Source: Methanothrix sp. (GTDB lineage Archaea > Halobacteriota > Methanosarcinia > Methanotrichales > Methanotrichaceae). From it: a DNA stretch of 64,000 nucleotides. The stretch spans positions 2,528,001 to 2,592,000 of the forward strand of contig OY821645.1 in NCBI GenBank assembly GCA_963682135.1. Direction: 5' to 3'. This document shows, one piece after another, positions 27,936 to 37,424 of this stretch (the stretch's first letter is position 1; each line of letters starts with the position of its first letter). Below the pieces are notes generated by a model that was not told where the DNA came from, did not search any database, and was given only the letters and a program-made list of their open reading frames with translations. Position numbers and translations under genes: made by a program.

Positions 27936-28718
27936 ATGGTTTCCTTCCCTCTTCTGGCCGGGTCGGCCCTCTTATTGGGACTTCTGGCCTTATCCATACG
28001 GGTGATCAGACAGTACGAGCGAGCAGTCATATTTCGCCTGGGAAAGATCAAAAAGGAGAGAGGACCGGGCCTCTTTCCCCTCATACCCTTAGTGGATAAA
28101 ATGGTGCGAGTGGACATGAGGGTAAGAGAGCTGGATGTTCCCAAGCAGACGGTCATCTCTCGTGACAATGTGACACTCGAGGTAGATGCGGTCATTTACT
28201 ACAAGGTAGTAGACGCCACGAGGGCCATCGTGGTGGTGGAAGACTTCGAAGCAGCCACTCTTCTCCTGGCGCAGACCACTCTTCGAGATATCCTGGGCCA
28301 AAACGAGCTGGATACCATCCTTTCCGATAGAGACGACCTTAACAAAAGGATCAAGGAGATACTGGACAGCACTACCGGGCCCTGGGGTATGCATGTGGTG
28401 ATGGTGACCATGAGAGACGTCTCCCTGCCCGAGAATATGCTGCGCGCCATCGCCCGGCAAGCAGAGGCTGAGAGGGAGAAGAGAGCCCGCATAATTTTGG
28501 CGGAAGGAGAGTTTCAGGCCTCCAAGATGATGAACGAGGCAGCAGATATGTATGAGAACAAGCCCAGCGCTCTTAAGCTGCGCGAGTTTCAGACTCTGAC
28601 CGAGATCGCCAAGGAGAAAAACCTCATTGTGGTCTCGATCGGATCAGATGAAGGGAACAGGAATTCGGACATCCCTCTTCTTATGGGGCTGGCCAAGGCG
28701 GCTGCGGGTAATAAATGA
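27936..28718 (+). CDS. SPFH/band 7 (stomatin-like) protein
   Basis: N-terminal TM, QYERAVIFRLG, QTVISRDNV, AQTTLR, RQAEAEREKRA. Confidence 0.95.
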   Translation: MVSFPLLAGSALLLGLLALSIRVIRQYERAVIFRLGKIKKERGPGLFPLIPLVDKMVRVDMRVRELDVPKQTVISRDNVTLEVDAVIYYKVVDATRAIVVVEDFEAATLLLAQTTLRDILGQNELDTILSDRDDLNKRIKEILDSTTGPWGMHVVMVTMRDVSLPENMLRAIARQAEAEREKRARIILAEGEFQASKMMNEAADMYENKPSALKLREFQTLTEIAKEKNLIVVSIGSDEGNRNSDIPLLMGLAKAAAGNK

Positions 28719-29845
28719 CCAGCTTTAGGACCATCTTCTTTTCTGGGAGGCCCAATGACAATTCCTCCAAAAGGAGGAGAGCAGGCAAGAAGAGCAATCA
28801 GGAGATGGCTCACGAGAGATTCAAGTTCATCAGAATCTTCTTCGTGCTGGGCATCGTCGGCCTGCTAGTCCTGCTCACCGGAGTCATAATAACGCTTGGG
28901 CCCCTGAATATATCCGTAACAGATTCCTATTCTGCGCTCTTAGCCCGCTTCTGGCCGGACTACTTCACCGTGGATGCTCTTACCTCTCGTGTGGTCTGGA
29001 ACATTCGCTTTCCCCGGATTTTAGGGGGGATTATGGCAGGATTCGGCCTGGGAATATGCGGCTGCGTGATGCAAGCTGTGCTCAAGAATCCTCTGGCCAG
29101 CCCTTTTACCCTGGGCATCACCGCGGGAGCGCAGTTCGGCATCTCCATTGCCGCCGTTATCGGCTTTTCCATTCTGGGAGGGCCCTACTTCATAATCGGC
29201 AATGCCTTTGTCTGCGCCCTTCTCTGCTCACTCTTCATCATAGGTCTCGCGGCCATCAAGGGGGCTTCCTCTGAGAATTTGGTGTTAGCAGGCATCGCCG
29301 TGAACTATTTCTTCACAGCCATGAGTTCGCTTCTCAAGTATTTCGCCAGCGATGAGCAGCTTCGCCTCATGACCAACTGGGGCATGGGAGATCTGGCCGC
29401 ATTCTCCTGGACCAACTCACAGCTGCTGCTGGTCATATTCGTCATCTGCATTCCGCTGCTCATGACCAAATGCTGGGACCTGAATATCATGACTGCCGGC
29501 GATGAGACCGCCAAGAGCATTGGCGTGAATGCCGAGATGACGCGCATATTCATCATGGTGGTCAGCAGCCTGCTCGTCGCCACCATTGTCTGCTTCATGG
29601 GAACCATCGCCTTTGTGGGACTGGTAGCACCTCATATGGCCCGCATGGTCATAGGCGGAGATCATCGCTTTTTAATTCCCGCCTCCGGAGTGCTGGGTGC
29701 ACTGGTACTCATGTCGGCGGATGCCGTTGGAATGAATCTGATAGCACCTACCATCATACCCACTGGGATCATGACCTCTATTGTGGGAGTTCCCTTCTTC
29801 ATGTATCTCATGATGAAGGGCAAGAGAAAGGAGTTTTGGACATGA
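28715..29845 (+). CDS. ABC transporter permease (FecCD/BtuC family)
   Basis: RFPRILGG, QAVLKNPLASPFTLG, GTIAFVGLVAPH, GVPFF. Start may be downstream (MAHERF). Confidence 0.94.
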   Translation: MTSFRTIFFSGRPNDNSSKRRRAGKKSNQEMAHERFKFIRIFFVLGIVGLLVLLTGVIITLGPLNISVTDSYSALLARFWPDYFTVDALTSRVVWNIRFPRILGGIMAGFGLGICGCVMQAVLKNPLASPFTLGITAGAQFGISIAAVIGFSILGGPYFIIGNAFVCALLCSLFIIGLAAIKGASSENLVLAGIAVNYFFTAMSSLLKYFASDEQLRLMTNWGMGDLAAFSWTNSQLLLVIFVICIPLLMTKCWDLNIMTAGDETAKSIGVNAEMTRIFIMVVSSLLVATIVCFMGTIAFVGLVAPHMARMVIGGDHRFLIPASGVLGALVLMSADAVGMNLIAPTIIPTGIMTSIVGVPFFMYLMMKGKRKEFWT

Positions 29846-30633
29846 TGATCAAGCTTCAGGCCAAGAATATTGTCTTCGGCTACACCAGTAATCCCATTCT
29901 GGACAACGTGAACTTTGAGATCGCCCCCTCCAAGCTGGTCACCATTGTGGGGCCGAACGGCTCAGGAAAGTCGACATTGATCAAGTGCGTTGATCGGATT
30001 GCAGCTCCTCAGGGGGGCAGCATTCTTATTGACCGCAAGGATGTAACCCGCATGAGCAGGATGGATATGGCCAGATACCTGTCCTATGTGCCGCAAAGCT
30101 CGGTGCGCATCTTTCCTACCAATGTCTTTGATACCATTCTGATGGGCAGAAGGCCTCATATCGGATGGCTGGGAAGCGACAAGGACGAGAAGAAGGTCTG
30201 GGAAGTTCTGAGGCTTCTTGATATCGAGAAGCTGGCTATGAGCAACTTCGCCGAGCTTTCCGGCGGCCAGCAGCAGAAGATCCTGATTGCCAGAGCGCTG
30301 GTTCAGGAGGCGGAGGTGATGCTTCTCGATGAGCCCACCAGCAACCTGGATATCTGGCATCAACTGGATGTTATGAACATAATTCGGGATGTAGTCAAGA
30401 AGAAGGAGATCACTGCCATCATGGCACTGCATGATCTAAACCTGGCCTCATATTACTCGGATCGGATCATCATGATGAAGAAGGGAAAGATTGTGGCCGC
30501 CGGCGATCCTCATTCGGTGATCACTGAGGAGAACATAGCGTCCGTTTACAGAGTAGAAGCGGCTGTGAGAAGCCTTTCCGATCGCCCCATGATCATGCCC
30601 TTGCGGCAGATCCGGGAGGCGAAAGCCTACTAG
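29836..30633 (+). CDS. ABC transporter ATP-binding protein (FecE/BtuD family)
   Basis: GPNGSGKST, LSGGQQQ, LLDEPTSNLD, HDLNLA. Confidence 0.95.
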   Translation: MDMMIKLQAKNIVFGYTSNPILDNVNFEIAPSKLVTIVGPNGSGKSTLIKCVDRIAAPQGGSILIDRKDVTRMSRMDMARYLSYVPQSSVRIFPTNVFDTILMGRRPHIGWLGSDKDEKKVWEVLRLLDIEKLAMSNFAELSGGQQQKILIARALVQEAEVMLLDEPTSNLDIWHQLDVMNIIRDVVKKKEITAIMALHDLNLASYYSDRIIMMKKGKIVAAGDPHSVITEENIASVYRVEAAVRSLSDRPMIMPLRQIREAKAY

Positions 30634-30823
30634 ATCTGCCGCAGATCACCTTACCCACACGGATAGCGACGACAAATATGCTATCACCCGGCCAATCGAT
30701 TCTGACATCAGCATAAAGATGCTCAGCATGGCCGTACCCTGCCAGCCAGAGGGGTGCCTGAGCCCTGCAAAATGCAAGGGCTGCAGAGAAGGCCCAATCC
30801 AGCCCTGGTGCAGGTCGAGTCCA

Positions 30824-31228
30824 TCAGTCTACTCCGAAAATCCTGATCCACCCCACAGCAGCATCAACCTCCACCACTGTACCGTTCTTCGTCTGCAATA
30901 TCTCCTCCTGCACTCTGTCCACCAGAGGAATGCCGCTGATGATGGCCCCCACTGCCACGATCGGCTCGGAGCGGATATTGATCATAGCGGCAGGAGCCAG
31001 TCCCTTCTTTTTGAGTTGATAGATGACGTAGGATCCGACGGTGGAGCCCTTGCCTCCGGGAAAGATGAGCACCTTTCCGGCGATGCACTGGCCGAAGAGC
31101 TCGTGCGCCGGATCTACCACCACCCCAGTTGCAGCATCGATATTACCCAGAAACGATATGGCCTCCTTTGTCACCAGCGCCTCTCCCCGAGCCCAGCCGC
31201 AGGCAACTCTGTGGCATTTCATCTCCAT
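30824..31228 (-). CDS. Aconitase X swivel subunit (DUF126; phosphomevalonate dehydratase small subunit)
   Basis: ISFLG.ID..TG, GKVLIFPGGKGSTVGSY, IVAVGAIISGIP. Confidence 0.92.
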   Translation of the reverse strand: MEMKCHRVACGWARGEALVTKEAISFLGNIDAATGVVVDPAHELFGQCIAGKVLIFPGGKGSTVGSYVIYQLKKKGLAPAAMINIRSEPIVAVGAIISGIPLVDRVQEEILQTKNGTVVEVDAAVGWIRIFGVD

Positions 31229-31230
31229 GT

Positions 31231-32400
31231 TTACCGCCTCCCCAGAGCTACATCGATGCATTCCTCAAGGCTTCCCAGGCCCGCCTTGACACCGGCCAAA
31301 CCGGGCAGGTAGGCCAGTGCCTTGCCGGAACTGGTCATCATCCTGGAAAAGCGTTCCGTGGCCGGGGAGACGACCATGCAGGTATCGCAAAAGACCCGAG
31401 CCCCGCTTTCCTCGATGGATGCCACCAGGTGGGGGTGCGCCTCTGCGATCTTGCGGGCGGTGCAGACCCACAGCTCCTTTTTCACCTTCTGGCCTTGCAG
31501 CAGTCCGGCAATCTTCTCCAGTTCCTCTGCCGAGCAGTGTGGGCATCCCAGAGCCACAGCATCAGCGCCGCCCCCTGGGTATTGGGCATAGACCTCATCG
31601 ATATCCTTTCGATCGATGCTGATCCTCTCTTCCTCCTGCCGGGCGGGCGGTGCGGGTGTGACATCTTCCACGTAGTAAAGAGCCACCGAGCCGCTGGCAG
31701 CCATGGCCGCTCCCAGGGCCTTGAGTTCATCCCTGGCGGGCCGCAGGCCCTGCAGCCGGAAGAAAGGCACTCCGTCCTTTACAATTCTGCCCACCAGAAA
31801 TCCCAGGGCTCCGTAGTCCGAGCCCTGCAGATCCGCTTCGACCTCCACCACATGGGTAGGCCTGCGAGACTCATCCAGATGGTAGCCGTAAAGAGCGGTC
31901 TTGCCCACCAGCGCCGCCGCCAGGGCGGAGGGCCCCCCCTCCCGGTTGGTGCGCGCCCCAATGACCGAGTTGGCATAAGAGACGGCGGAGGACTCGCTCC
32001 AGGCCAGGTGATCGCCCCGAGCAGCGAGGCTTTCATAGATCTGGTATGGGGTGCAGGTGCAGTCGATGGTGACACCCAGGCGGCGGTAGGCTTCGATGGT
32101 CTGCTGCTGCCTGACGGCGAATTCTTCCCGGATGCCCATCTCCTGCCAGCGGCAGAGGTCCATGCCCGCCGGGTTGAGGATGCTGGGCACGACCACGCGG
32201 CCCTGCAGGTCGGATATCCACTCGAGACCTGCTTCGCCGATGTTCTTGTAGGATACTCCCGCGATTTGCACCGATCGAACTGGCACGAGCCTCTCTGCGC
32301 CATAGATGTCGCCTAACGCTACAAGGATCTCCATCATGCGGCGCAGGGTCTCGCCCTGCTCACCCTGATAAATGCCTTCTTCCTCACGGGAAAGGTACAT
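31231..32400 (-). CDS. Aconitase X catalytic subunit (DUF521; phosphomevalonate dehydratase large subunit)
   Basis: GVSYKNIG, CTCTPY, WSESSA..YANSV.GARTNREGGP, LGCPH, DTCMVVSP. Confidence 0.95.
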   Translation of the reverse strand: MYLSREEEGIYQGEQGETLRRMMEILVALGDIYGAERLVPVRSVQIAGVSYKNIGEAGLEWISDLQGRVVVPSILNPAGMDLCRWQEMGIREEFAVRQQQTIEAYRRLGVTIDCTCTPYQIYESLAARGDHLAWSESSAVSYANSVIGARTNREGGPSALAAALVGKTALYGYHLDESRRPTHVVEVEADLQGSDYGALGFLVGRIVKDGVPFFRLQGLRPARDELKALGAAMAASGSVALYYVEDVTPAPPARQEEERISIDRKDIDEVYAQYPGGGADAVALGCPHCSAEELEKIAGLLQGQKVKKELWVCTARKIAEAHPHLVASIEESGARVFCDTCMVVSPATERFSRMMTSSGKALAYLPGLAGVKAGLGSLEECIDVALGRR

Positions 32401-32574
32401 GGCGGTTGACTCTGGTCTCCCTGCAATAAACTCTTTTCCTGAGATGTCGCATCATGTGGTGGTACGACATTTTGGATGGTCGTTGGATGCTGTCTTTGCC
32501 AGGCGACCACCATAAGATTCGACAGCACCCTCAGGGAAAAGATATATTCACTTACAATCGTTACAATATTGTCC

Positions 32575-32760
32575 ATGCTTGCCACCAAACGCATTCCTGT
32601 GACGGAGGCCGTGTGGGTTGAGCTATCAGACCTCAAGACGGCCGGACAGACCTATTCAGAGCTTTTGGAAGAGATGATCGAGGATCGGAAAAAGGCCCGA
32701 TTTTTCCGCGATATGGAAAGGATTGAGGAAGAAGGCGAGTTTGTGGAGTTTCCGTGGTAG
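32575..32760 (+). CDS. Putative antitoxin (small RHH-like)
   Basis: 61 aa, KRIPVTEAVW.EL..LK..GQTYSELL; overlaps a RelE-like gene. Confidence 0.75.
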   Translation: MLATKRIPVTEAVWVELSDLKTAGQTYSELLEEMIEDRKKARFFRDMERIEEEGEFVEFPW

Positions 32761-33044
32761 CCCACCAGTTGGTCATCAAGAAAAAGGCGCTGGAGTTCGT
32801 TAACGCATTACCCTCAAAAAGCCATAGGATAGTGATAGAAAAATGTAAAACGCTTGCAGGCGATCCGTTCCCAGACCAAGTTGACAAAGAGATAATCTCG
32901 CGAAAGGGCCATAAAGACATTTATCGTTTGCATATTTCAAGATCCTACACAGCTTTTTACAAGATTTATAAAGACGAGATAATGGTCAAAATCCTGGATA
33001 TCACAACCATTGAGCAAGCGCACAGGATATACGGTCGACTCTGA
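32754..33044 (+). CDS. RelE/ParE-family toxin
   Basis: 96 aa basic protein, LAGDPFP, YRLHISRSYTAFY. Confidence 0.8.
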   Translation: MVAHQLVIKKKALEFVNALPSKSHRIVIEKCKTLAGDPFPDQVDKEIISRKGHKDIYRLHISRSYTAFYKIYKDEIMVKILDITTIEQAHRIYGRL

Positions 33045-33294
33045 GTGCATATAACTTGCAAGTTTTTGGGATTATCCGTCTTATCTCAAATCTTCCCTGT
33101 ACCGCACCCCACTCTTGCGAATGCAGGAAGGCCCTTGTAGAAGGCCGCCCGCGCACCCGTCGGCCCGTCGCCCGAGGGGGCAAGGGCTGCAAGGAGAGGC
33201 GGATGCTGCCCTAAGGCCGAGCCGAGGCCCTCTGGTACAGGCCAGGCAGATGTCGAGGAGGATGAAGGCAGGGGGCGCTGGGGATTTGGGCATT

Positions 33295-33397
33295 TCATTT
33301 GGAATTGCTTATCGCTTCCTTTTGGTCGCGCCAAAATTTTTCCAGCATCCTTTATTATTTCACAAGCTTCTTCTTCTGAGATCTCACGGGATCTCAT
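33295..33397 (-). pseudogene. HEPN-domain toxin remnant
   Basis: ATG overlapping the MNT stop gives MRS joined directly to REISEEEACEIIKDAGK, the usual last HEPN helix; the body of the domain including the Rx4-6(H/Y) region is missing. Confidence 0.65.
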
Positions 33398-33717
33398 CAG
33401 GCAATCTTCACATCTTCTGATATGACATTCTTCAAGAAGGAGAATCCCTTACAGGCTTCAAAGTCCTTTTGAGTGAGGACCTTAACAGAAATATCTTCTT
33501 TTGTTTCGAGCAGCATATCGAAGGCCATGCCGATAAGATCTCGCCGAAGCCGAAAGTCTTCTTTGTCTATTACTATTAATAGCTCTATATCCGAATCGGG
33601 CCGGGCTGTGCCCCGAGCAACGGAGCCGAAGAGAGTGATCCCATGGATTCGATCTCCGTAAGCCTTAGATGCTCTTTTTACGCATTCGTCAAGGGCTTTT
33701 TGCCTGGGAAATTCCAT
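33397..33717 (-). CDS. Minimal nucleotidyltransferase (MNT) antitoxin
   Basis: LFGSVARG...DSDIE motif, 106 aa. Confidence 0.88.
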   Translation of the reverse strand: MEFPRQKALDECVKRASKAYGDRIHGITLFGSVARGTARPDSDIELLIVIDKEDFRLRRDLIGMAFDMLLETKEDISVKVLTQKDFEACKGFSFLKNVISEDVKIA

Positions 33718-33850
33718 TGATAACTCCTAAAAATATAATCGAATCGTATTCATGAGGTATACAGTTTTTGCCCCAAGGCGAACATCGGCCATTTGATCAC
33801 CTGCCTGAATGTATTTGCCATTTCCTTTACCTTTGATCAGTGGATGCGTC

Positions 33851-34774
33851 CTAAACCAATCGATGCAGTGGATGCCCCTCTCCCGGAGCGATATCCAGGT
33901 CGCGCACCGCCTCGGCAATGAGAATGTCGGCCAACGCCGCCGCCGGAAAGATGATGTCCGCGCTCTCAATCGGCCCATACAGCAGGAAGTCGGCCCCCGC
34001 CAGGAGCTGCATGGCCCCTGCCGCCGCATCGCAGCATTTTCTGGCCGTCTTCTCCTTTTGGGAGAGCCAGCGCCAGGAGGATACGGCATTGTGAATGCCC
34101 GAGCCCACGGGCAGGCCCAGACGCGCCTTGGCAGCCACGCAAAAGCGCAGAGCCGACCCGGCGCCACTTCCCAGGGGCAGCACCGCGGGATCGATGAGAA
34201 GATTTCTTATTCCTATCTCTCCGGCTGCGGCCAGAAGGCCCTTCTCGCGCACATTTCCGCCCGTCTCCAGAATGGCCAGTGAGCCGTCCACGCCCGGCTG
34301 GGATGGATTGTAGGCCAGAATGATGGCCGAGTCGATCTCCGATCCCCGCAGGGCCTGCGCCTCCTTCTCCCCCGTTGCCAGACTGATGCTGTTGTAGATG
34401 GCCCGGTCGGCATAGCCCAGTTCAGAAACCAGGAGCGCGGCGGCAGAGCGTGTTGATGCATCCGCAGAATCTATGATGAAGGGGCCGCTCCAGACCTGTT
34501 CGGCAAAATCAAGATACCTTTCGAAAGCCCCGATGCTCCGGGCATAGAGGTGCAGCACACAGGGGCATCCTGTCTCCTCGGACAGCTCTGCCTGACGGGA
34601 TATCAGCCTCTCCGCCGCCGCGCGGTCAAAGATGCCTCTCTCCTCATCTGCTACAATCTTGTGCCCTTGATAAAAAATGGTGCCGCATAGAACCGAAGGC
34701 AACTGGCCGCACTGGCCCCCAAATTTCACGCCCGCGACGTTTACTATGGATTGATCTTTGCTGAATCGAAACAA
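33851..34774 (-). CDS. mtxH: MtrH/MtxH-family methyltransferase
   Basis: MFRFSKDQ, GGQCGQLP.VLCGTIFY, YNSI, PVGSGIHNA, GADFLLYGPIE. Confidence 0.88.
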   Translation of the reverse strand: MFRFSKDQSIVNVAGVKFGGQCGQLPSVLCGTIFYQGHKIVADEERGIFDRAAAERLISRQAELSEETGCPCVLHLYARSIGAFERYLDFAEQVWSGPFIIDSADASTRSAAALLVSELGYADRAIYNSISLATGEKEAQALRGSEIDSAIILAYNPSQPGVDGSLAILETGGNVREKGLLAAAGEIGIRNLLIDPAVLPLGSGAGSALRFCVAAKARLGLPVGSGIHNAVSSWRWLSQKEKTARKCCDAAAGAMQLLAGADFLLYGPIESADIIFPAAALADILIAEAVRDLDIAPGEGHPLHRLV

Positions 34775-34777
34775 TTG

Positions 34778-35413
34778 TCATCCCTCTGCATTAGCCTTCG
34801 CCGTAATCTCTTCCACAACCAGCCAGGCCGATGTATCCATGACGACCCTGCCGCCAAAGGATAGGTCCCCCTGGCCAAATGCAATCTGCCGCGCGGCGGC
34901 CTTTCTTTTGATTACCTGGAAGGGCTTTTCGGGATAAGGCTCACAGAGGCGGCTATATCTGAATATCTGCTCTTCAATCTGCCCAATATCTTCCAGGCCG
35001 ATACAGTCCACCAGCTCCACCTGGCTCTGGAAGCGCGCGATGGCCTGCGCCGGAAGATTTTGAATGAATGGTATGGCACCACGCGAACCGATTATTCTGC
35101 CCTGCTCATCTATGCCATTTTTATGCAGCGCCAGAATAGTATTGCCGGGCAGATGGCCCTTCGACTCCACCCCGCAGAGGATAAGGAATCTGATATTGCA
35201 ATTGGATATCATATTGGCCACGATCTTCTCGACGCCCAGATTCTCAGTCTTGCACTGGCCGCAGATGGCAGCGCCCCTTGGGAAGATGGAACTGGCTAAG
35301 GTTACCACCGCTACACCGGCATTTGCATTGCCTACCTGATAGTCGCCGCGCACAGGCGGCCAGGGGTCCTCGTAGCCTGGTTTAGTGCTATTGCTCTCCT
35401 CTGCCATAATCAC
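34778..35413 (-). CDS. mtxA: MtrA/MtxA-family corrinoid protein (soluble)
   Basis: [36 protein letters not shown] (His ligand), GAIPFI; no C-terminal TM anchor. Confidence 0.88.
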   Translation of the reverse strand: MIMAEESNSTKPGYEDPWPPVRGDYQVGNANAGVAVVTLASSIFPRGAAICGQCKTENLGVEKIVANMISNCNIRFLILCGVESKGHLPGNTILALHKNGIDEQGRIIGSRGAIPFIQNLPAQAIARFQSQVELVDCIGLEDIGQIEEQIFRYSRLCEPYPEKPFQVIKRKAAARQIAFGQGDLSFGGRVVMDTSAWLVVEEITAKANAEG

Positions 35414-35599
35414 TCCAGCCTAAAATCCCTAAGACCTAATCTACATTTATTTTTTCCCGTCAGGGATCCGGCATGATTGCCCGGTAGAATCTCTATGAAA
35501 TATTGAAATATGAGTAGATTAAATAAGTTGATCACTCTCACGTGATAATTCTTTGCGATACAAGTCTTGCTTCTTACCCAAGCGAACGGTGGAACGAAA

Positions 35600-35977
35600 A
35601 TGGCCTCATACAAAGAAAAGATCCTGGATGTCATAGGTGAAGCAGAGGTAGGTCTCACCACGGTAGATGTGGCCAAGAAAGCAGGCGTTAGCAAGACCAC
35701 GGTGATCAAATACCTCTCCGTGCTCAGTTCCGAAGGCCTGGTCGAATTCGTGGAGGTAGGCCCGTCCAAGCTCTGGAGAAGTAGAAGAACGGGCATAAAG
35801 CATAGGGAAGATGGAGCGCAGACTCTGAATATAGAGGCGCAACCAATGGTGGATATTGATTTTTGTAGCGACGAAGACAATACCGTTCACTTTTCATTTC
35901 AGGTCGATCCAAATCGGATATGCACACTCTTGAAGCGTGCCAACAAATGCATGTGCCAAAATGCTGAAATATATTAA
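35600..35977 (+). CDS. Winged-helix DNA-binding protein
   Basis: LTTVDVAKKAGVSKTTVIKYLSVL..EGLV....VGPSKLW. Confidence 0.85.
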   Translation: MASYKEKILDVIGEAEVGLTTVDVAKKAGVSKTTVIKYLSVLSSEGLVEFVEVGPSKLWRSRRTGIKHREDGAQTLNIEAQPMVDIDFCSDEDNTVHFSFQVDPNRICTLLKRANKCMCQNAEIY

Positions 35978-35992
35978 TTGAGGAATAATTAC

Positions 35993-37363
35993 ATGCCCAG
36001 CGCACCGCAAATGTCTATACCAAAGGAGATCGAAGATTTCTTCACGGTTGAAAGCGGCCAGACCCTTCTTATCAAAGGCTTGCCCGGAACCGGCAAGACT
36101 ACTTTAGCTCTGGAGATCATGAATAGCTTATGCGAGGATCGGAATGGAATGTACATATCCACTCGAATCGATCCTCGTCGGCTCTATGCCACTAACCCTT
36201 GGGTGAAAGAGGTCGTCCCACCCAAGAATGTGGTCAATGCCACTCAGAGCAAGCTCCTGGAGAGCCTGAAGGGCGTAGGAAAAGATCTATCCAACTATTA
36301 TGCAGTTCTGGATTTTTTTAAAGTATTCTTTGATGAGGCAGAGGAGATGGATAATCCCATGATTATCATCGATAGCTGGGATGCGGTCTTGAATTATACC
36401 GCTCACCTCATCGGCGATGCCCAGCACAGCTTTGAACAAAATATCTGCGAATTTGCCCGAGATCTGGACACGCACCTAATCTTTGTCTCCGAATTTGCCA
36501 GTGTCATGCCTTTGGACTACATTGTGGACGGAGTGGTGACTATGGAGCAATTCCGTCTTCCCGGATATGCCGAAGGGAGCATGAGGAGCCGCTATGTCCG
36601 GCAGATAAAACTGGAAAAGTTGCGAGGAGTCGAAATTGGCCAGAAGACCTACACGGTCACATTACACAACGGGCGGTTCCGGTTCTTTGAGCCTTACCGG
36701 GAACATAAGGATGCCAGAATTGCCAGTGATGGAATGAGAGTTCCCGATCCCCAAACGGATCGCATCTCCTCGGGAATTCCTGACCTGGATGTCATTACAG
36801 GCGGTCTGAAGTACGGCTCATGCAATGTCGTGGAGATAGACCATGGTGTGGGCAAGAGGTACTATCAGATCCTAACTGCCCTGGCGTCGAATGCCCTTAA
36901 GAACGGCAGGGGCGTCTTTATTCTGCCCAGCATCGGCTACCAGCTCAGCACGCGCGACATTTTTGTGCCGACCAATGTTGTTGTCTCCCAGCCGGTGGGA
37001 GATGATCCGGTAGCATGGGGGGAAGAGCTGCAAGAGAAGTGGGACGCACTGCGAGAGAGGACTGGCCGGCCCATACTGAATATCATCGGCCTGGACTCCA
37101 TTGAGTTTGCCTTCGGCTACAAAGCAGTGCTCAATTTAGTCAACCTGATGATCCGCAACTGGAAGGAGACCAATGATATCAATGTGCTTGTGGTGAAGAG
37201 CGGCCAGGAGAGCATGAACATGGCTGTCCATACGGCGGATACGTATCAGCTGGTCAATGAATTGAACGGCGGGCTGTGTCTTTATGGCATCATCCCCCGA
37301 ACTGAGCCCTATTATATGCTTTTAGAGGATAGGAACCGGATCAGCCTGACGCCCATAGTCTAG
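35993..37363 (+). CDS. GvpD-like / RAD55-KaiC superfamily P-loop ATPase (two domains)
   Basis: GLPGTGKTT, YISTR, IIIDSWDA, LDYIVDGVV, KLRG; second domain ISSGIPDLD with degenerate Walker A. Confidence 0.82.
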   Translation: MPSAPQMSIPKEIEDFFTVESGQTLLIKGLPGTGKTTLALEIMNSLCEDRNGMYISTRIDPRRLYATNPWVKEVVPPKNVVNATQSKLLESLKGVGKDLSNYYAVLDFFKVFFDEAEEMDNPMIIIDSWDAVLNYTAHLIGDAQHSFEQNICEFARDLDTHLIFVSEFASVMPLDYIVDGVVTMEQFRLPGYAEGSMRSRYVRQIKLEKLRGVEIGQKTYTVTLHNGRFRFFEPYREHKDARIASDGMRVPDPQTDRISSGIPDLDVITGGLKYGSCNVVEIDHGVGKRYYQILTALASNALKNGRGVFILPSIGYQLSTRDIFVPTNVVVSQPVGDDPVAWGEELQEKWDALRERTGRPILNIIGLDSIEFAFGYKAVLNLVNLMIRNWKETNDINVLVVKSGQESMNMAVHTADTYQLVNELNGGLCLYGIIPRTEPYYMLLEDRNRISLTPIV

Positions 37364-37424
37364 CTTCACCTGGGTTCCTATCCCCTAAATCTTTCTTCAC
37401 CAATTAATTTGTGCTTGAAAGAAT

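Noticed and set aside
31129-32316. 395 aa plus-strand ORF
   Set aside because: Antisense shadow of the GC-rich aconitase X large subunit gene.
33100-33290. GC-rich intergenic stretch considered as SRP RNA or RNase P RNA; shares GCAAGGGCTGCA with the 30775 region
   Set aside because: No SRP helix 8 or RNase P conserved motifs seen; a single 12 bp match is too weak to call a repeat.
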